A DNA stretch of 64,000 nucleotides from Squalus acanthias (Eukaryota): the NCBI GenBank assembly GCA_030390025.1, contig CM059448.1:22258001-22322000 (forward strand), given 5' to 3'. The translations under genes and the position numbers were made by a program. Shown here one piece after another: positions 14,216-27,320 of this stretch. A model generated the notes under the pieces. It worked only from the letters and a program-made list of their open reading frames with translations. It did no database searches and was not told the origin of the DNA. Every line of letters begins with the position of its first letter. Within the stretch, counting starts at the first letter, position 1.

Positions 14216-15880
14216 TATGGAGTGTGCACGACTTATGCTTCGGCCAGTTTCAGCTGGAGGTCCAGCCGGAAAGGAGCCCAGAAGGTAAGTTTTTATTTAT
14301 ATTGCGGGGACAAGAGTGCTCCACGTAAACAACTGGGGCCACTTCCGCGCACCCCCCCGCCCCCCCCAGCCCTGGAGACCAGCTGGCCAGCCTACCCAGT
14401 ATTGTGGTGACCTGGAGCCAGTGAGCTGCCTTAGGGCGCTTGTTTTCCAGTCTCCCGCTGGCACTATCAGGCAGCTGGCCGGAGCACCCGAAAACCATGT
14501 GGAGGGAAAATCTACCCCCAGGAGGTGGTTGCAGCTTTTGCACCATTGCATCTTTTAAGAGAAAAGTGGACAAATATTTGTATGTAGGAAGTTACAGGCT
14601 ATAGGAAGAGAACAGGGTAGTGGATTAAGTTTTGGATTCCTCCAAAGAGCTGGCACAGGCCTGATAAGCTGAATGGCCTCCTTCTGTGCCGTATACGCCT
14701 ATGGTTCTATAGTCTGAGGATGGGTGAAAGTTATCCTGTGAAAGTGTAGTTTGCCTGGAAACTTAAATGCTTAGCTGTACAGTTGTAAAACACGTACCTT
14801 TACCTGTGCACTGATCCTTTGTGTGTCATGAGAGTTATCTGTGTCCAATCAGAGATTATATTTGGATGACCATCGGTGGTTAATGACATTATGGTCTTAC
14901 TGAGTTGGACTTCCCAATTAGAAACACATTCGACAATTCTGTCTTGAGGTGCTGGGAGCTGGATTGAGATTTAGGATCCAATTTAGGATCATATTACAGA
15001 GAGAAGGAGACTTTCATTCCAAATGTCTAGACAGGATTTAAATCAGTCTGGTCAAGTGTAAAGTCTGCTCTAACAATGTGCTTCAATCATAACTTCAGCG
15101 GAGCTCTAGTGTGACGCTTAACAATTTCAATTTCAATATTAGCTATCTAATGATATTTTGGAGTCAAACTGCCCAGTTAATCCCGAATTATAGACAATCC
15201 TTTGTTGTGGATTTGTATCCATTGAAAGCTGAGTTGAGATTAACCAATACACATTCTGTTTAGGATCAGCTATTGGAAAGGAGAGTTTGATTCCATCTGT
15301 TTGGATAGGATTCAAACTCAGCCCACATTGTCAGGGGGGTAATCTTATAATCACTGTGCAGCCACCTCATCCCCTACCAATTCATGTCAAACATAATTCA
15401 CCAGGGTTCCACTTAATTTAATGAAACCTTGAATTCTGCTATTGGGCTTTCCCGCATGAAACAAATGCGAAGAGTAATTTTTCTTAAGCATGTTACTAAT
15501 TTCAGAAATTTGAATTCAGCCAGTAGTCTCGGTCGCAAATCTTATCTATAGTTGAGACTGGTAATAAATAGAATTTCTGAAATTAAAATTTTTGTCATCA
15601 AATTATGTTGTCTGTTTTCACCTTGCTGGCGGGATTGCTGATGATACAACTTATTGAGCAGAAGGCAGTCTCTGACGTGAGGAAATCAAGTCAAAGATTG
15701 ATCTGTCATGGCAATGGTGCAACTACATTGACCTTTATATGTGCTGGCCTTGATTGGCTGGAAAAACAACTTCTGGAGTTAATTTGCAGCCAATCAGAGG
15801 CCAACTGCTTTGGTGTGGCTTCACCTCTAAATGGGATCCTGGTAGCTCAGAAATTAGGTAAGTAAACCACCTAAAGATAG

Positions 15881-16563
15881 GGGCTCAGAAAGTTGATGGC
15901 ACTGCGTCAGTTTTTCAGGTGCAAAATGGATGCCTAAGCAACCAATATGGTGGGTGGACCAGGGTGTGCGTGCTCATTACGTGCTGGAAGTGTGCTGCCG
16001 CCATATTGGTAAAGGCAGAATGAGAGGCTTCTGGGGCCCGTGCCTGAAACGGGCATTAGGCCCTTTGCATATGAAAACCCGGCCCGGTGACGTTCAGGAA
16101 AAACATGGACTACTTGTGGCCGAACCAGCAAGTCCTTAAAGGGACCACTGGAGGCTGCCATCAAAAAGGTCAGTTATTTATAAATACTTGCCTGAATGTG
16201 CAGCCAGGAGTAGCATGAGTGCTCCTCCACGCTCCACTATAGTACCGAAGACCGTTGCCCCCCTCCGTCTCCGAATCGCTGCCGGCTCTCTCATGATAGC
16301 TGGACCTCCTCTCACGGTTGCCTCCTTCTCTCCCAATCTTCCCGCCCCCCCCTCCCCTCAGGGTCTCCCAGGACCTACCTGTGGGCCGGCAACGCAGCAG
16401 CCAGAAATTGAAATCCTCTTCGCCGGCGAGCTGCCTGGGTTGGTCTCGGGGCCCACCCGTTTCCCAAGTACCCTGCACCCAGCTTGCACCAGCAGACCGA
16501 CACAAGCCAATGTCTTCGGAATATAAGGCATCAGATTGTCCAGCCTGATTCTGCATCTGGGCC
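15881..16563. mobile_element. GC-rich MITE-like element related to 50935-51512
   Basis: Starts gggctcagaaagttg and shares ccaatatgg, aaacggg..ttaggccc, tttgcatat and ggaccactg blocks with 50935-51512. Right end unclear. Confidence 0.55.
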
Positions 16564-16899
16564 GTTTTACCACCTCTCTCTTATGCATTGCATTTGGAAA
16601 CTATTCAAAACTGAGTTTCTTTTTGGGTCAGCCTGTTTGTTTTTTGCCTTTATAAATATTATAAGGCAATATATTCCATTGGAGAAATGTCATTAAGTTT
16701 TCCAATTGGTTTTAGTGAAACCCTGGCACTGTCGATAGTGTTCGTGGCATCATAAAAAACTAGCACAGAGATTTTGTATTTTTTGTTGTATCTGCAAGCC
16801 ATTTGTTACACTTTGGAGTTTTGGCTATGGATGTAATGGGAAAACTAGTCTCAGTTGAGAAGTTGGAATCTGTTTAAGTCAAATATGAATTATTAATTA

Positions 16900-17694
16900 A
16901 GGGGGGGATGTAACGCCAGCCACCCGGCAGAAACGCAGCGGTAGTGAAGATAAAATTGAGGTGATCGACGTACTACCCTGTTCCCGCTCCACCGCCATAT
17001 TTTCCCAGGGTCTTCTGGTGGGCGGCCCAGGCACCTGCCTGAATCAGGCGGGAACCTCATGACTGCATGCAAATTGGGGTCCTATGACGTACATAAGGCC
17101 CCGATGTAATTTTAATGGCCTACTGGGTGGAGCGTGCGCCCTGGACGCTCCACTCGGTAAAGGCTGACAGACAGGAGGAAGAGGACTGAAAAGGTAAGCA
17201 TTAAAATTAGTTTTGTGGGGACAGCAGGAGCAGGGTTCCACAAGAATAATGTGGGTTGCTGTCTCCTTGGGCTCCACCCGCAGCCACAATCGCACCCCCG
17301 GACCTACCTTTCTGTCAGCCGGGTCGGCCCCTGTGCTGCCAGATATGGCGCCAGCGCAGAACTGGTGAGCTGCAGCAGGATGCCTGTCTGGGCAATGTTC
17401 CCTGTAATTTTTTTTTTTGGTACATGGCCCCTTTAACTGGCTGTGCAGCCCATTCAAATTTTCGCACATGCACGGTTTCTCCCATGTAAAAGCCGGTGAG
17501 CGGCCTGCGTGGGACCTCCAGACCGCTGTGTGACCATGCAGCTTAATGGGAACGTTGTGTCTGGGACGTGCCGCTCACCAGGTTTATATGAATGAGGCCC
17601 GGCCCTCAAAATAGACGGTGCCTCCCACCGCAGGCATCCAGTGGCCAGCTCGCCCACTCCGCCAGCCGATTGTCTGATCGTTAAAATTCCCCCT
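16900..17694. mobile_element. GC-rich non-autonomous DNA transposon (PIF/Harbinger-like)
   Basis: Imperfect TIR agggggggatgtaacg / cgttaaaattccccct, flanked by TTA at 16897-16899 and 17695-17697. Confidence 0.75.
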
Positions 17695-18684
17695 TTAGTA
17701 TCTCTTTCGCTATCACACGCACTACACATATACCATTGTCTCATCCCACTTTTATCCCACTAGCAAAAATATTATAAATCATATTATCTGGATTGTTGCC
17801 CTAACACACAGTTCACCTCCCACACTTGCAAGCAAGCTTAAGTCCCTTTAGTCCAAATTAATTGATTCGAAATCCAGCTCTCTACCTTTCTTGTTCCTTT
17901 CCATCTCGACCTGATACCACATAATCCACGAGCCAGACCCCTCAGTAGCATGTCAAAGGGCAGGATCTATATGAAATGAAAGCAGTCTATATTTGATGAC
18001 TCTTCCTAAGGAGCAGCTTGATCATGAAAAAACAGATGGAGTGAAAGTGGCAGCAGTACCAGAACAAAGTGATTTTTTTGGAAGATATAAATATGTTTAT
18101 CTTTTTCTTTTGTTTTGTGGCGAGAATTACATTATTACATTGATATTTCTTTTCATGGGTAAATAGTCTTATACTGTTCCAACATCATTCACTGTACCAA
18201 GGAAAGCTCTACATCCAGTTTGGTTTCGCTACGGGATACTGAATGTTGGAACATCTTGCTTAAAGGTTGCCCAGATATCACATTGTAAAAACATCGCCAC
18301 AAGGTAAAATCCTCTATAATTCGTATAATCGGAACTGTTCACAATAAGTAAGACACTGGACAATATCGCAGACTAATAGAGCATGGTGCTAGGGAAAGCC
18401 CAGGGAAAACTAGAAATCTGTCAGGCAATTTTACAAAGTTAGTTAGTATGTCCTGAGTCTATCAACCTGTGTTTGTGATTTGTGGGAAAGACAAATTTAT
18501 GCAAGGCCAGAAGATGCTGAGCTTGCTAGTGAAGTATATTGAGGTTTGTTCTGATGATTCGGTGAGAATTGCTGCCAAGGTACAAGTTGCAAGAAAAATG
18601 CAATCATTTCCGGAGATCTAGTTGTAGGAAAGGGCTTATAATCACAGATTATGTTTTTGTGACTAGCCCAAGCAAGGACACATT

Positions 18685-19427
18685 GGCCCAGAAATTGATC
18701 TCGCTCTGTTCCCGCGGGGGTAAGCCTTCCCCGCGATGTCTCACCTCGCTTATGCTTTTTCTGATCCAGCTCGCACGAACTTGATGTTCCAGACATCAGC
18801 TGTGCTGGGCTTGCGTATCCCAGCGGCGTAGTTAATTCGTGCGAGCTGTGGGATCACGTGACTCAGTTAGAGCCAATGGCAGCACACCATCTTCCATTCA
18901 TAAGTCTCACAGCATGGCTGTGAGACTTATGAATCTTACACCCCCCCAAAATAACAGCTAAACCTCAATTAAATTAAAAAAAACCCATCACATTAATAAA
19001 ATAAGTATAGTTAATTAAATTAACCATTTTAAATAAAAAATTAAATTTTTGAAAAAATTTAAAATCTTTTAAAAAGTTATAAAAATAAACTTACCTGTCT
19101 TTAAAGTCTATAAAAAAGATATACCTGTAAAAAAAAAATTCAAAAAAATACTTAATTCACTACTTACCTTCTTAAAAGCGGGTCTTACTCCTCCTTTTTA
19201 CATTTCCAAAATCTTCCCTACTTACCTGCGCGTCCAAAGCATGAAGTGCACAGCGTGCGCGCAGCCTGTAGCGCGCACGCGATGCACCCAGGCCCCGCCC
19301 CCTTTTCGGAAGAGCAATTGCCAGTTTTCAGCGCATGCGTAGGGCATGCAGAAAACCGGCAATTGGAGTGGGAATACGCGAGAGTATGCAGTGCGTAGTC
19401 TCGCGTCCCGGGATCAATTTTCGGCCC
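18685..19427. mobile_element. Hairpin-array TIR element, copy 1 of 3
   Basis: TIR ggcccagaaattgatc / gatcaattttcggccc; colinear with 35859-36618 and 46788-47531 (GC-rich ends, AT-rich core). Confidence 0.9.
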
Positions 19428-19859
19428 AATACTTAAAAGTATCTGTGACTTGATGAAGGAGACACTGACTAGAACACGTTACTCATGCCAGGTATACAGA
19501 AACAATGATGTGATTGACTGGATCTGTGGAGAACCTGTGCCTGAAGCTATCCTGCATTAACTAACATGCAACTATTGCAAGAACATGTGTTATGTCTATC
19601 CTGACATGGTTTGACATGTAATAACCTGCGCCTAATACAGTTGGCGGGAGGCCGATCCATTTTGATGGTTCGGCCTCATTAACTTGGATTTGGAGAGCTG
19701 CCAGCAATAATTGCACTCTCTATAGGCAGCTCATCATTTGGGAGGGCGGGAGATCTACCGGGGTAGCTGCTACTCAAGAGCAGCCTGCAGTCCTTTAGAG
19801 AGGAGGTGAATTTTTAAATGATGGTTGGTGGAAAGTAATTTTCTGAAGCAACTGGCAGC

Positions 19860-20560
19860 ATGATTTCATCCAGGACCCCTAGATTCTCTGATTCAGCCAG
19901 GGAGGTGCTCATAGAGCGAATGAGCAGCAGGAAGGAGGTCCTCTTTCCTTTCCAGTGGGCAATGAGTACCCAGACAAATGAGTCAGCAGCAAGGGAGAGA
20001 GGTGGCAGAGCAAATCAATGCCACCAGCATTGTTCCCAGGACCTGGCTGCAGTGCAGGAAGATAATTTAATGACCTTAACTAGAACTGCCAAGGTAAGAC
20101 TCCTTTACACATCTTTATTACTCTCTGCACAGCCCTGCACCATCCTACTTTAATCCCAGCATTATCTGTCCTTTCCTCTCCCACTTCCCATGCCTCCTCT
20201 CCAATCATAATGGGAAACTTCATTTCATCTCCTTCTGCTTGTCTTATCTTCAAGACCTGCTACTGCACTCACAACTAATTCTCTCCCTTGGCCACACTTG
20301 CTACTTCTTCCTCTCATAATGGACAACATACTAAGCTGTCCCAGACATCTTCAAAACTATTCAGTAGGGCACAGGCTAACCCATTTCCATTCTTTTTTCA
20401 AGAGAATCTGGTACACAACAGAAGGAAGTGTCTAAGAACAGGAGGCAGTCCTGCCTCTGTACACATCCTGACACCAATGGAGGAGGTGGCCATCAACATC
20501 ATTTGCAGAGTGAGCAAACGCAGCATTGGAGTTGGCCAGAGGAGAGGCCACACACAGCAG
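19860..20560 (+). pseudogene. Decayed two-exon Myb/SANT-like (trihelix, Myb_DNA-bind_5 / NAIF1-type) gene of a Harbinger transposon
   Basis: Frameshifted reading RTPRFSDSAREVLIERMSSRKEVLFP...VAEQINATSIVPRTWLQCRK.FNDL.TRTAK, donor AAG|GTAAGA at 20094, branch-like ctaac plus pyrimidine tract, then ENLVHNRRKCLRTGGSPASVHILTPMEE from 20402. Confidence 0.75.
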
Positions 20561-21388
20561 GGTGTTTGGGCTTTCTACTTAACTCTCTGACTCACCCAGT
20601 CACTATGTGCTTCCCCCAATGTCCTTCAGATGTCTTGTACCTTGCTGGAGCACAGACTGAGGGGGAAGAACTCTTCCAAAGATGCACTGTCACTTGCTCT
20701 GACCCTTCCAAGCACTAACACAGAAATTGGTAATCCACATGATATAGATAGTGAAAGGGGTCTGCACTGGGTGATTCACTGCAAAGCTGAACAGAATAAG
20801 CTACAGGAGGATTTGATAATACTTGGGAATTGAAAGTGACCGTGTACCCTGCAGGCAGTGCCACCTCCGTGGTACTGGTTCCAACCGATGGCACAAGTCC
20901 ATCACTGCCTATTCAAGTGCCCCTTTGAGGAGTTTCCCCAGTGGAAGGATTAAGTGCGATGGCTAACTGCATGGTGTTTGTAATTAAAGTGGTCCTGTAC
21001 CTCCTTTTGCTGGTTCATGAGATGGCTCCGCAACTGCTGCTTCACAGTTGTTACAGTGGCTGGCTGGTCCTGACCGCATTCTGGCACATCTGTATTTAAG
21101 CAGAGGCGGAGGGGAAGAGGCTGGATGTAATGGATGTGACATTACCCTGAGACACAACAACCTCATCCACGCCTAGTCGAGCTATGCCCCAGCTGCTGGG
21201 CTATTCCTCATCCTACCTACTGATCTGCATGGGAGCAGGCCTCTAGGCTGCAATGACATTTGTGAAGCATTTCACAGTGGCACTCTCAATCCAGTTATCC
21301 AGCGTGGTGAAGCTAGATGAAGAGAGCTCGATGTACATTTAAGCTCAAGGTTTCTTTATGAGGAGTGTGAGCATTTATCAGAGATACT

Positions 21389-22038
21389 CCATTGACCAGA
21401 AACTTAACTGGACCAGCCACATAAATACTGTGGCAACAAGAGCAGGTCAGAGGCTAGGTATTCTGCGGCGAGTGTCTTACTTCCTTACTCCCCAAAGCCT
21501 TTCTACCATCTACAAGGTACAAGTAAGGAGTGTGATAGAATACTCTCCACTTGCCTGGATGAGTGCAGCTCCAACAACACTCAAGAAGCTCGACACCATC
21601 CAGGACAGCGCAGCCCGCTTGATTGGCACCCCATCCACCACCTTAAACATTCACTCCCTCCACCACCGGCGTACCGTGGCTGCAGTGTGTACCATCTACA
21701 AGATGCACTGCAGCAACTCACCAAGGCTTCTTCGGCAGCACCTCCCAAACCCGCGACCTCTTCCACCAAGAAGGACAAGGGCAGCAGGCGCATGGGAACA
21801 CCACCACCTCCAAGTTCCCCTCCAAGTCACACACCATCCTGACTTAGAAGTATATTGCCGTTCCTTCATCGTCGCTGGTACAAAATCCTGGAACTCCCTA
21901 CCTAACAGCACTTCACCACATGGACTGCAGCGGTTCAAGAAGGTAGCTCACCACCACCTTCTCAAGGGCAATTAGGGATGGGCAATAAATGCTGGCCTTG
22001 CCAGCGACGCCCACATCCCATAAACAAATTAAAAAAAA
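21389..22038 (+). mobile_element. CR1-group (Zenon/Crack-like) LINE 3' fragment, low divergence
   Basis: IDQKLNWTSHINTVATRAGQRLGILRRV...STIYKVQVRSVIEYSPLAW...LDTIQDSAARLIG is a post-RT thumb region; 3' UTR and A-rich tail follow. Confidence 0.9.
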
Positions 22039-23454
22039 CATACTCCCATTCTGCAAAGGATTTCTGTCATTGCGAGCTCGGCTGCAAGTGTCGATAGTTG
22101 TGCTGTGCACGCCATGGTGAACTGCAGTTCTGATAAGCCATTATGTGCAATTGCATAGATACATGCAAACTCCCTCATAGCTACTGACAACCACCAGATG
22201 TAGCTGGGCATTGTGCATAGGTTCAAATTACTCTAGAATATGACTGAGCTATGATAACAACATCAATAATATGCAAGTCCCGTGAGATCTGAATCTCTGA
22301 GCTCTGTAGCCGTTGATGGACGTGCGCTGATCTTTTGGCCAGCATGTTCTGGCTCTTCCACTGCCACACTATATGCTCCTCTTCATTCATATTCTGTAGT
22401 TCACACAGTGCTACCTCCTCAAACTGACTGACTAAATCCCCCAGGGCTGGTGCTTACAACAGGTGGAGTGAGTTTACAAGATGCCAATTTCTCCCACAGC
22501 TGGGTACTGTGGCTGATTCTTGAGACATGTTTCTAGGAACAGGACGAGCATGTGTTAGACACCCCTTCAAAATTTAACTTACATTGGAAATACATTGATG
22601 CTGTTCTTGAGTGTACGTCTGCGTGAGAATGGGAATGAAAGGCAAAATAACACTAAATTGATGATGCTGGCTCTCAGCTGGTGAAGACCACTCGCTTTAC
22701 CCTGCCCACTGCCTCTATGCTCTTATCAACAATTTTGACATCTGACTCCTCAAAGGCACTCAATGAATTAAAATTGGGATTGCTCCTTCTGCGCATTTAT
22801 GTTTCTATTATGTACCAAGTTATTCTGCAAACAGCAAAGTACTGTTTGAGAGATTGGAAGTTTGAAGAATGCATAAAGTGACACATTATGCATTCCAGTG
22901 TGTGTTAATGAATGAATGAATATGCATCATGTGGCTAGGTGTTGTTGGAAGAGTTTCTTTTCAAGGCACATCTTTAAAGATACAAGTGTGATCAGATTTG
23001 CAGCTGGAAAGTCTACCATGGTGCAGTATGGGCATGCATGCTAAACAGCATGCAGCTGCAATGGTTGAGAGGAATTTTTTTGTGGTGTACATGCTTTGCC
23101 CATCTACTTGGTAAAGGGAAATATTACTTTGTTATAAATTTTAAACGCTTGTCTGTCTTTTGCATCAGCCTCCCATGTGCACTGTGTGATGTTAGCATTA
23201 ACGGTGGCCACCACTTCCTCCCAGGCGCACTTCACTCTTCTCCTGTAAGGGGGGGTGGGGGGGCTACCCTGGGTTCTGAACAGGACTTTTACTGCCCCTT
23301 GTGCAGCTGTGGTCCCACTTCTGAGTCTGACAACTATGCAGTTTTTGCTTGTTTGCAGTTCCATCGTAGCTTCTCTTTACATTTCAGCCAGTATATCCTT
23401 TTAATAGTGGCTGCTGCTGCCCTTTAAAGAATTGAATTAGTGCAAGAAATCTCC

Positions 23455-23840
23455 CCATCCCCCCCCCCCCCCCCCCACATCCCCTCTGACCCAATGTGGC
23501 CTGAATTCATACAGTGAGCTTACTCTGCATATGTGATTAGTCCTGACTTTGGTGCATGATCAGAAATGCCTCCTTTATACGCACACGCACACGCACACAC
23601 ACGCATTTATATAGCGTCTTTAACACAAACCCTATGTTTTCTATGTGCACATTGCTAAAAAACCTACCCGCCCCCCCCCCCCTTTCATCCCGCTGTGGAC
23701 TGAATTCATACTGTGAGCTGACTCTGCATATGTAATAAGTCTTGACCTAGGCATTGATGTATGATCAGAAATGCCTCCTTTTGGCAGACACAAACCCTGC
23801 ACACCACTGTTTCTGCTGCCTCTGTGCAGATTGCTGAAAT
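23455..23840. repeat. Diverged local tandem duplication, unit about 200 bp, each unit starting with a poly-C run
   Basis: tgtggNctgaattcatacNgtgagctNactctgcatatgt...atgatcagaaatgcctccttt...cacaaaccct...tgtgcaNattgct occurs twice. Confidence 0.85.
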
Positions 23841-23930
23841 ACCACCCCATGGAATCCTAAACATGCAACTTATAGCTTCTTAAAAATAGCCATCAAGATT
23901 TACCTGCATAAGTAGCACCAATACTTGGTA

Positions 23931-24830
23931 GTAGACACCAAACTTGGGGGTGTGGCAAACAGTGATGATGATATCAATCGACTGCAACAGGACATAGAAA
24001 GGCTAGCAGAATGGGCAGACAAGTGGCAGATGGAATTTAATACATAGAAGTGTGAGGTGATGCATTTTGGCAGAAGGAACAGGGAGAGGCAACATACACT
24101 TAATGGCACAGTTTTAAAGAGTGTGCAGGGACAGAGGGACCTGGGAGTTAATGTGGATAAGCCCCTGAAGGTGGCAGGACATATTGAGAGAGTGGTTAGC
24201 AAAGCATATGGGATCTTGGGCTTCATAAATAGAGGTATTGAGTACAAAAGTAGAGAAGTTATGCTGAACCTTTATAAAGCGCTGGTTAGGCCACAACTGG
24301 AGTATTGCATCCAGTTTTGGTCACCACACTTTAGGAAGACACTTGAGAGGGTGCAGAGGAGATTTGCCAGAATGGTTCCGGGGATGGGGGATCTTAGTTT
24401 CAAGGACAGGTTGGAGAAGCTGGATTTGTTTTCATTAGAGCAAAGGAGGTTGAGAGGTGATTTGATAGAGGTGTACAAGATTATGACGGGTTTGGATAGG
24501 CTGGACGGGGAAAGGCTGTTCCCACTAGTTGATGGTACAAGGACGAGGGGGACATAGATTTAAGGTTTTGGGCAAGAGATACAGGGGGGATGAGAGGAAA
24601 AACTTTTTTACGCAGCGAGTGGTGAGGACCTGGAACTCGCTGCCGACGGAAGTGGTGAAAGCGGAGACACTCAATGTTTTCAAGGGGAGACTGAATAGGC
24701 ACTTGAGGGAAATAAACTTGCAGGGCTATGGGGATAGAGCGGGGGAATGGGACTGACTGGATTGCTCTACAAAGAGCCGGCACGGACTCGATGGGCCGAA
24801 TGGCGGCCTTCTGGTGCCTCTGTGACTCTA
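23931..24830 (+). mobile_element. CR1 LINE 3' fragment (RT C-terminus to tail)
   Basis: DTKLGG...LQQDIERLAEWADKWQMEFN..KCEVMHFG...LYKALVRPQLEYCIQFWSP...RVVRTWNSLP. Confidence 0.93.
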
Positions 24831-27116
24831 AGACAATGGGTCAAATTTCAGACCAGGGTTCAAGGACTGAAGATGCTCAGCTGTAACACTGTAGATGATA
24901 AGTAGTAGATAATTAAGGATAAATTTTTAGAAGGCATTTAATACGGCTTGGCACAAGAAATTACTAGTTAAGATGAATACAAATGGGTGAGATAATTGCT
25001 GATGAATTTAACATAAAATGTAAAGTGGTACACTTTGAATGCAAGAATAGCAGATGGGCAAGCACTGGGCAGTGTCGGTGAACAAAAGGAGATAGGTGTT
25101 CAGGCACGTAAGTGATTAAAAGCTAGTTTGCAGAAGTAAAAAGTGTTCATTAAGGCTAAGTGGATGCTAGGCTTCATCACAAGAGCTTGGAACATAAATG
25201 CAAGGGAATACTACTGCAATAATGTATGCAGAATAAAACTCCTTTATTCTGTTGTTGGAGAGAGCCCCAGGTTCAGAGCAGCTTTCCACATATAAGTAAG
25301 AGTTCAAAGATGGAAGTTAATTCAACATCACTGCATTTCACACTCCATTGTTATCTTATGGATAAAAATGGAAACGTAAGCTAGTATAACATTTCCTAAC
25401 AGGCCAGAGTGATTTGGTCCCAACCACATCTGTGTCTGAGTTCCATACTTTCTCGTTCTCGCTCTCTGTAAGGAAACCCCATTTCTTCCCACCCTATTGT
25501 CCTTTTGCTTTTTCATCTGCTTTTTATCTTTCTTTTTCCTTTTTTCTACATATGTCTTATTTTCTTGTTTTCTATTTCTCTCTGTCAGTTTCTCCTCTTG
25601 GTTTCAGTCCTACTTTTTTTCCACCAAGATTGTGCATTGTGCTTTAATTGTTTATTAATCACGTGTTCCATTATAAAACATTACTGTTTTCATGATTTCT
25701 GCTGTGAAATCTACTTGAATACAGCTTTGACGTATGCAAATCTCTGTCGCATCAACTTCCCCATGTACTCTGAATAACGTGTAGTCCCTCCCTACTTGAG
25801 GAACGCATTAAGTTGGTACAGAAGATTTGTGAGAAGGCAAAACAGACTGTTCAGAAACAGAACTTTGATTCTTAATGTTACTGAGGCAGTTGTACAAAAT
25901 GTGCAGCCATTTGCACAAAAGGCAATTGATCTATTGTAGACTTTCTCATTGTATGTATGTTTGTTTTGTTCTCTATTAGTGTATCTCCCATGATGTTGTT
26001 CTGGTATCTGGTTCTGGAGCATAGTTGTGATGTTCAGCTGCTAACCTGGTCTGTCCCTTTAAGGACAATGCTCAAGTATTCCCAGTGGGGAAGTGGCAGA
26101 TCAAAATCCTATGGTAATCCAGGTAATTCCAACTGCTTGGAAATTCCTGAGATCAATTAGAGGTCAGTAAATTGCTTGAAAATTCCTGGCTTTCTCTTTT
26201 CTTTTAAAGATTGTTTTACATCTGTAATGACGTGTGACGTCTGGAGTGTGATAGATGCCAAGCAGGCACAAGGCTTTTATATTTATGGTACAGCCTCTGG
26301 ATTGTAGGGGGAAATATCTGATTATGGGAACTGCTGTTACATTGTTGAGAGAGAAGATGGCTCCCCAAAAAAAGAAAACCATAATTATTTATCATTTTCA
26401 TTTCATCTGCGCTTATATTTTTCCTCCGATAATAACATCATGATGTAGTGGCTGTCAATGGAACAGGAATAACTGGGACAAAATAAGTGTGATGTTTATT
26501 TACTTGCTGTGGATAACCAGGTTGTTCACTCTATGGTATATGTAATCAATCACCAAATGTTGAACATTATGTTACACAATATTGCACATGCAAGCCCAGC
26601 TACAAAATAAGATGATGATAGCCTATTTATATATATAAATAGTCAATTATTTCTTAATTTTTCTATTTGATGCTTTTCCTCATCCTCTTCCCTAGTTATC
26701 AAGCAATGGCATTGTGCTGTGATTCCTCCTGACATCCTGCACCTCTTGCTGCATTTTTAAACTGTAGATTTATATATCTTGTGTCAGAAGCAGCTTTCTG
26801 TTTATTTTGTGCAAGTGCAGTTCTCTATAAAGAACACAAACACTGTAGGATGGCATTCTGTGGTGTGTTTCACCTGATAAAACAATCTGTTTGTTCTGTT
26901 GATGCTATTACGTGTAGTGACTGCTAAACAAAAAAAAACACTGTGGATCAGAGAGACCATGGTAACACGATCCTGAGCAGCCACATGCCATTTGTAGATT
27001 GAATTTGATGTCTAGACATTGTGTGGATGTCTTGTGAGGTCAGGATGAGGTTTAGCTGCCACCTTCGAATAGCCTGCCAACATGTTCAGTCCAGTCTCGC
27101 ATATGAAGACTGGCCA

Positions 27117-27320
27117 TGTGGCGGAGGTACCAGAGTGCTGTGGCGGAGGTACCAGAGTGCTGTGGCGGAGGTACCAGAGTGCTGTGGCGGAGGTACCAGA
27201 GTGCTGTGGCGGAGGTACCAGAGTGCTGTGGCGGAGGTACCAGAGTGCTGTGGCGGAGGTACCAGAGTGCTGTGGCGGAGGTACCAGAGTGCTGTGGCGG
27301 AGGTACCAGAGTGCTGTGGC
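27117..27320. repeat. Perfect minisatellite, 22-bp unit TGTGGCGGAGGTACCAGAGTGC x 9.3
   Basis: Nine identical units plus tgtggc, counted directly. Confidence 0.97.

Noticed and set aside
15290-15370. tRNA-like B-box on the minus strand
   Set aside because: No cloverleaf can be built; most likely a decayed SINE head, not a tRNA gene.
19219-19230. TACTTACCTG matching the 5' end of U1 snRNA
   Set aside because: No U1 body follows; it is simply a consensus 5' splice site on the opposite strand.
22040-22740. Possible Harbinger transposase remnant on the minus strand next to the Myb-like relic
   Set aside because: I could not recover diagnostic motifs (GAIDCTH, PGS.HD, GD.GY, IE..IG.LK.RF) by eye; needs a frameshift-tolerant HMM search.
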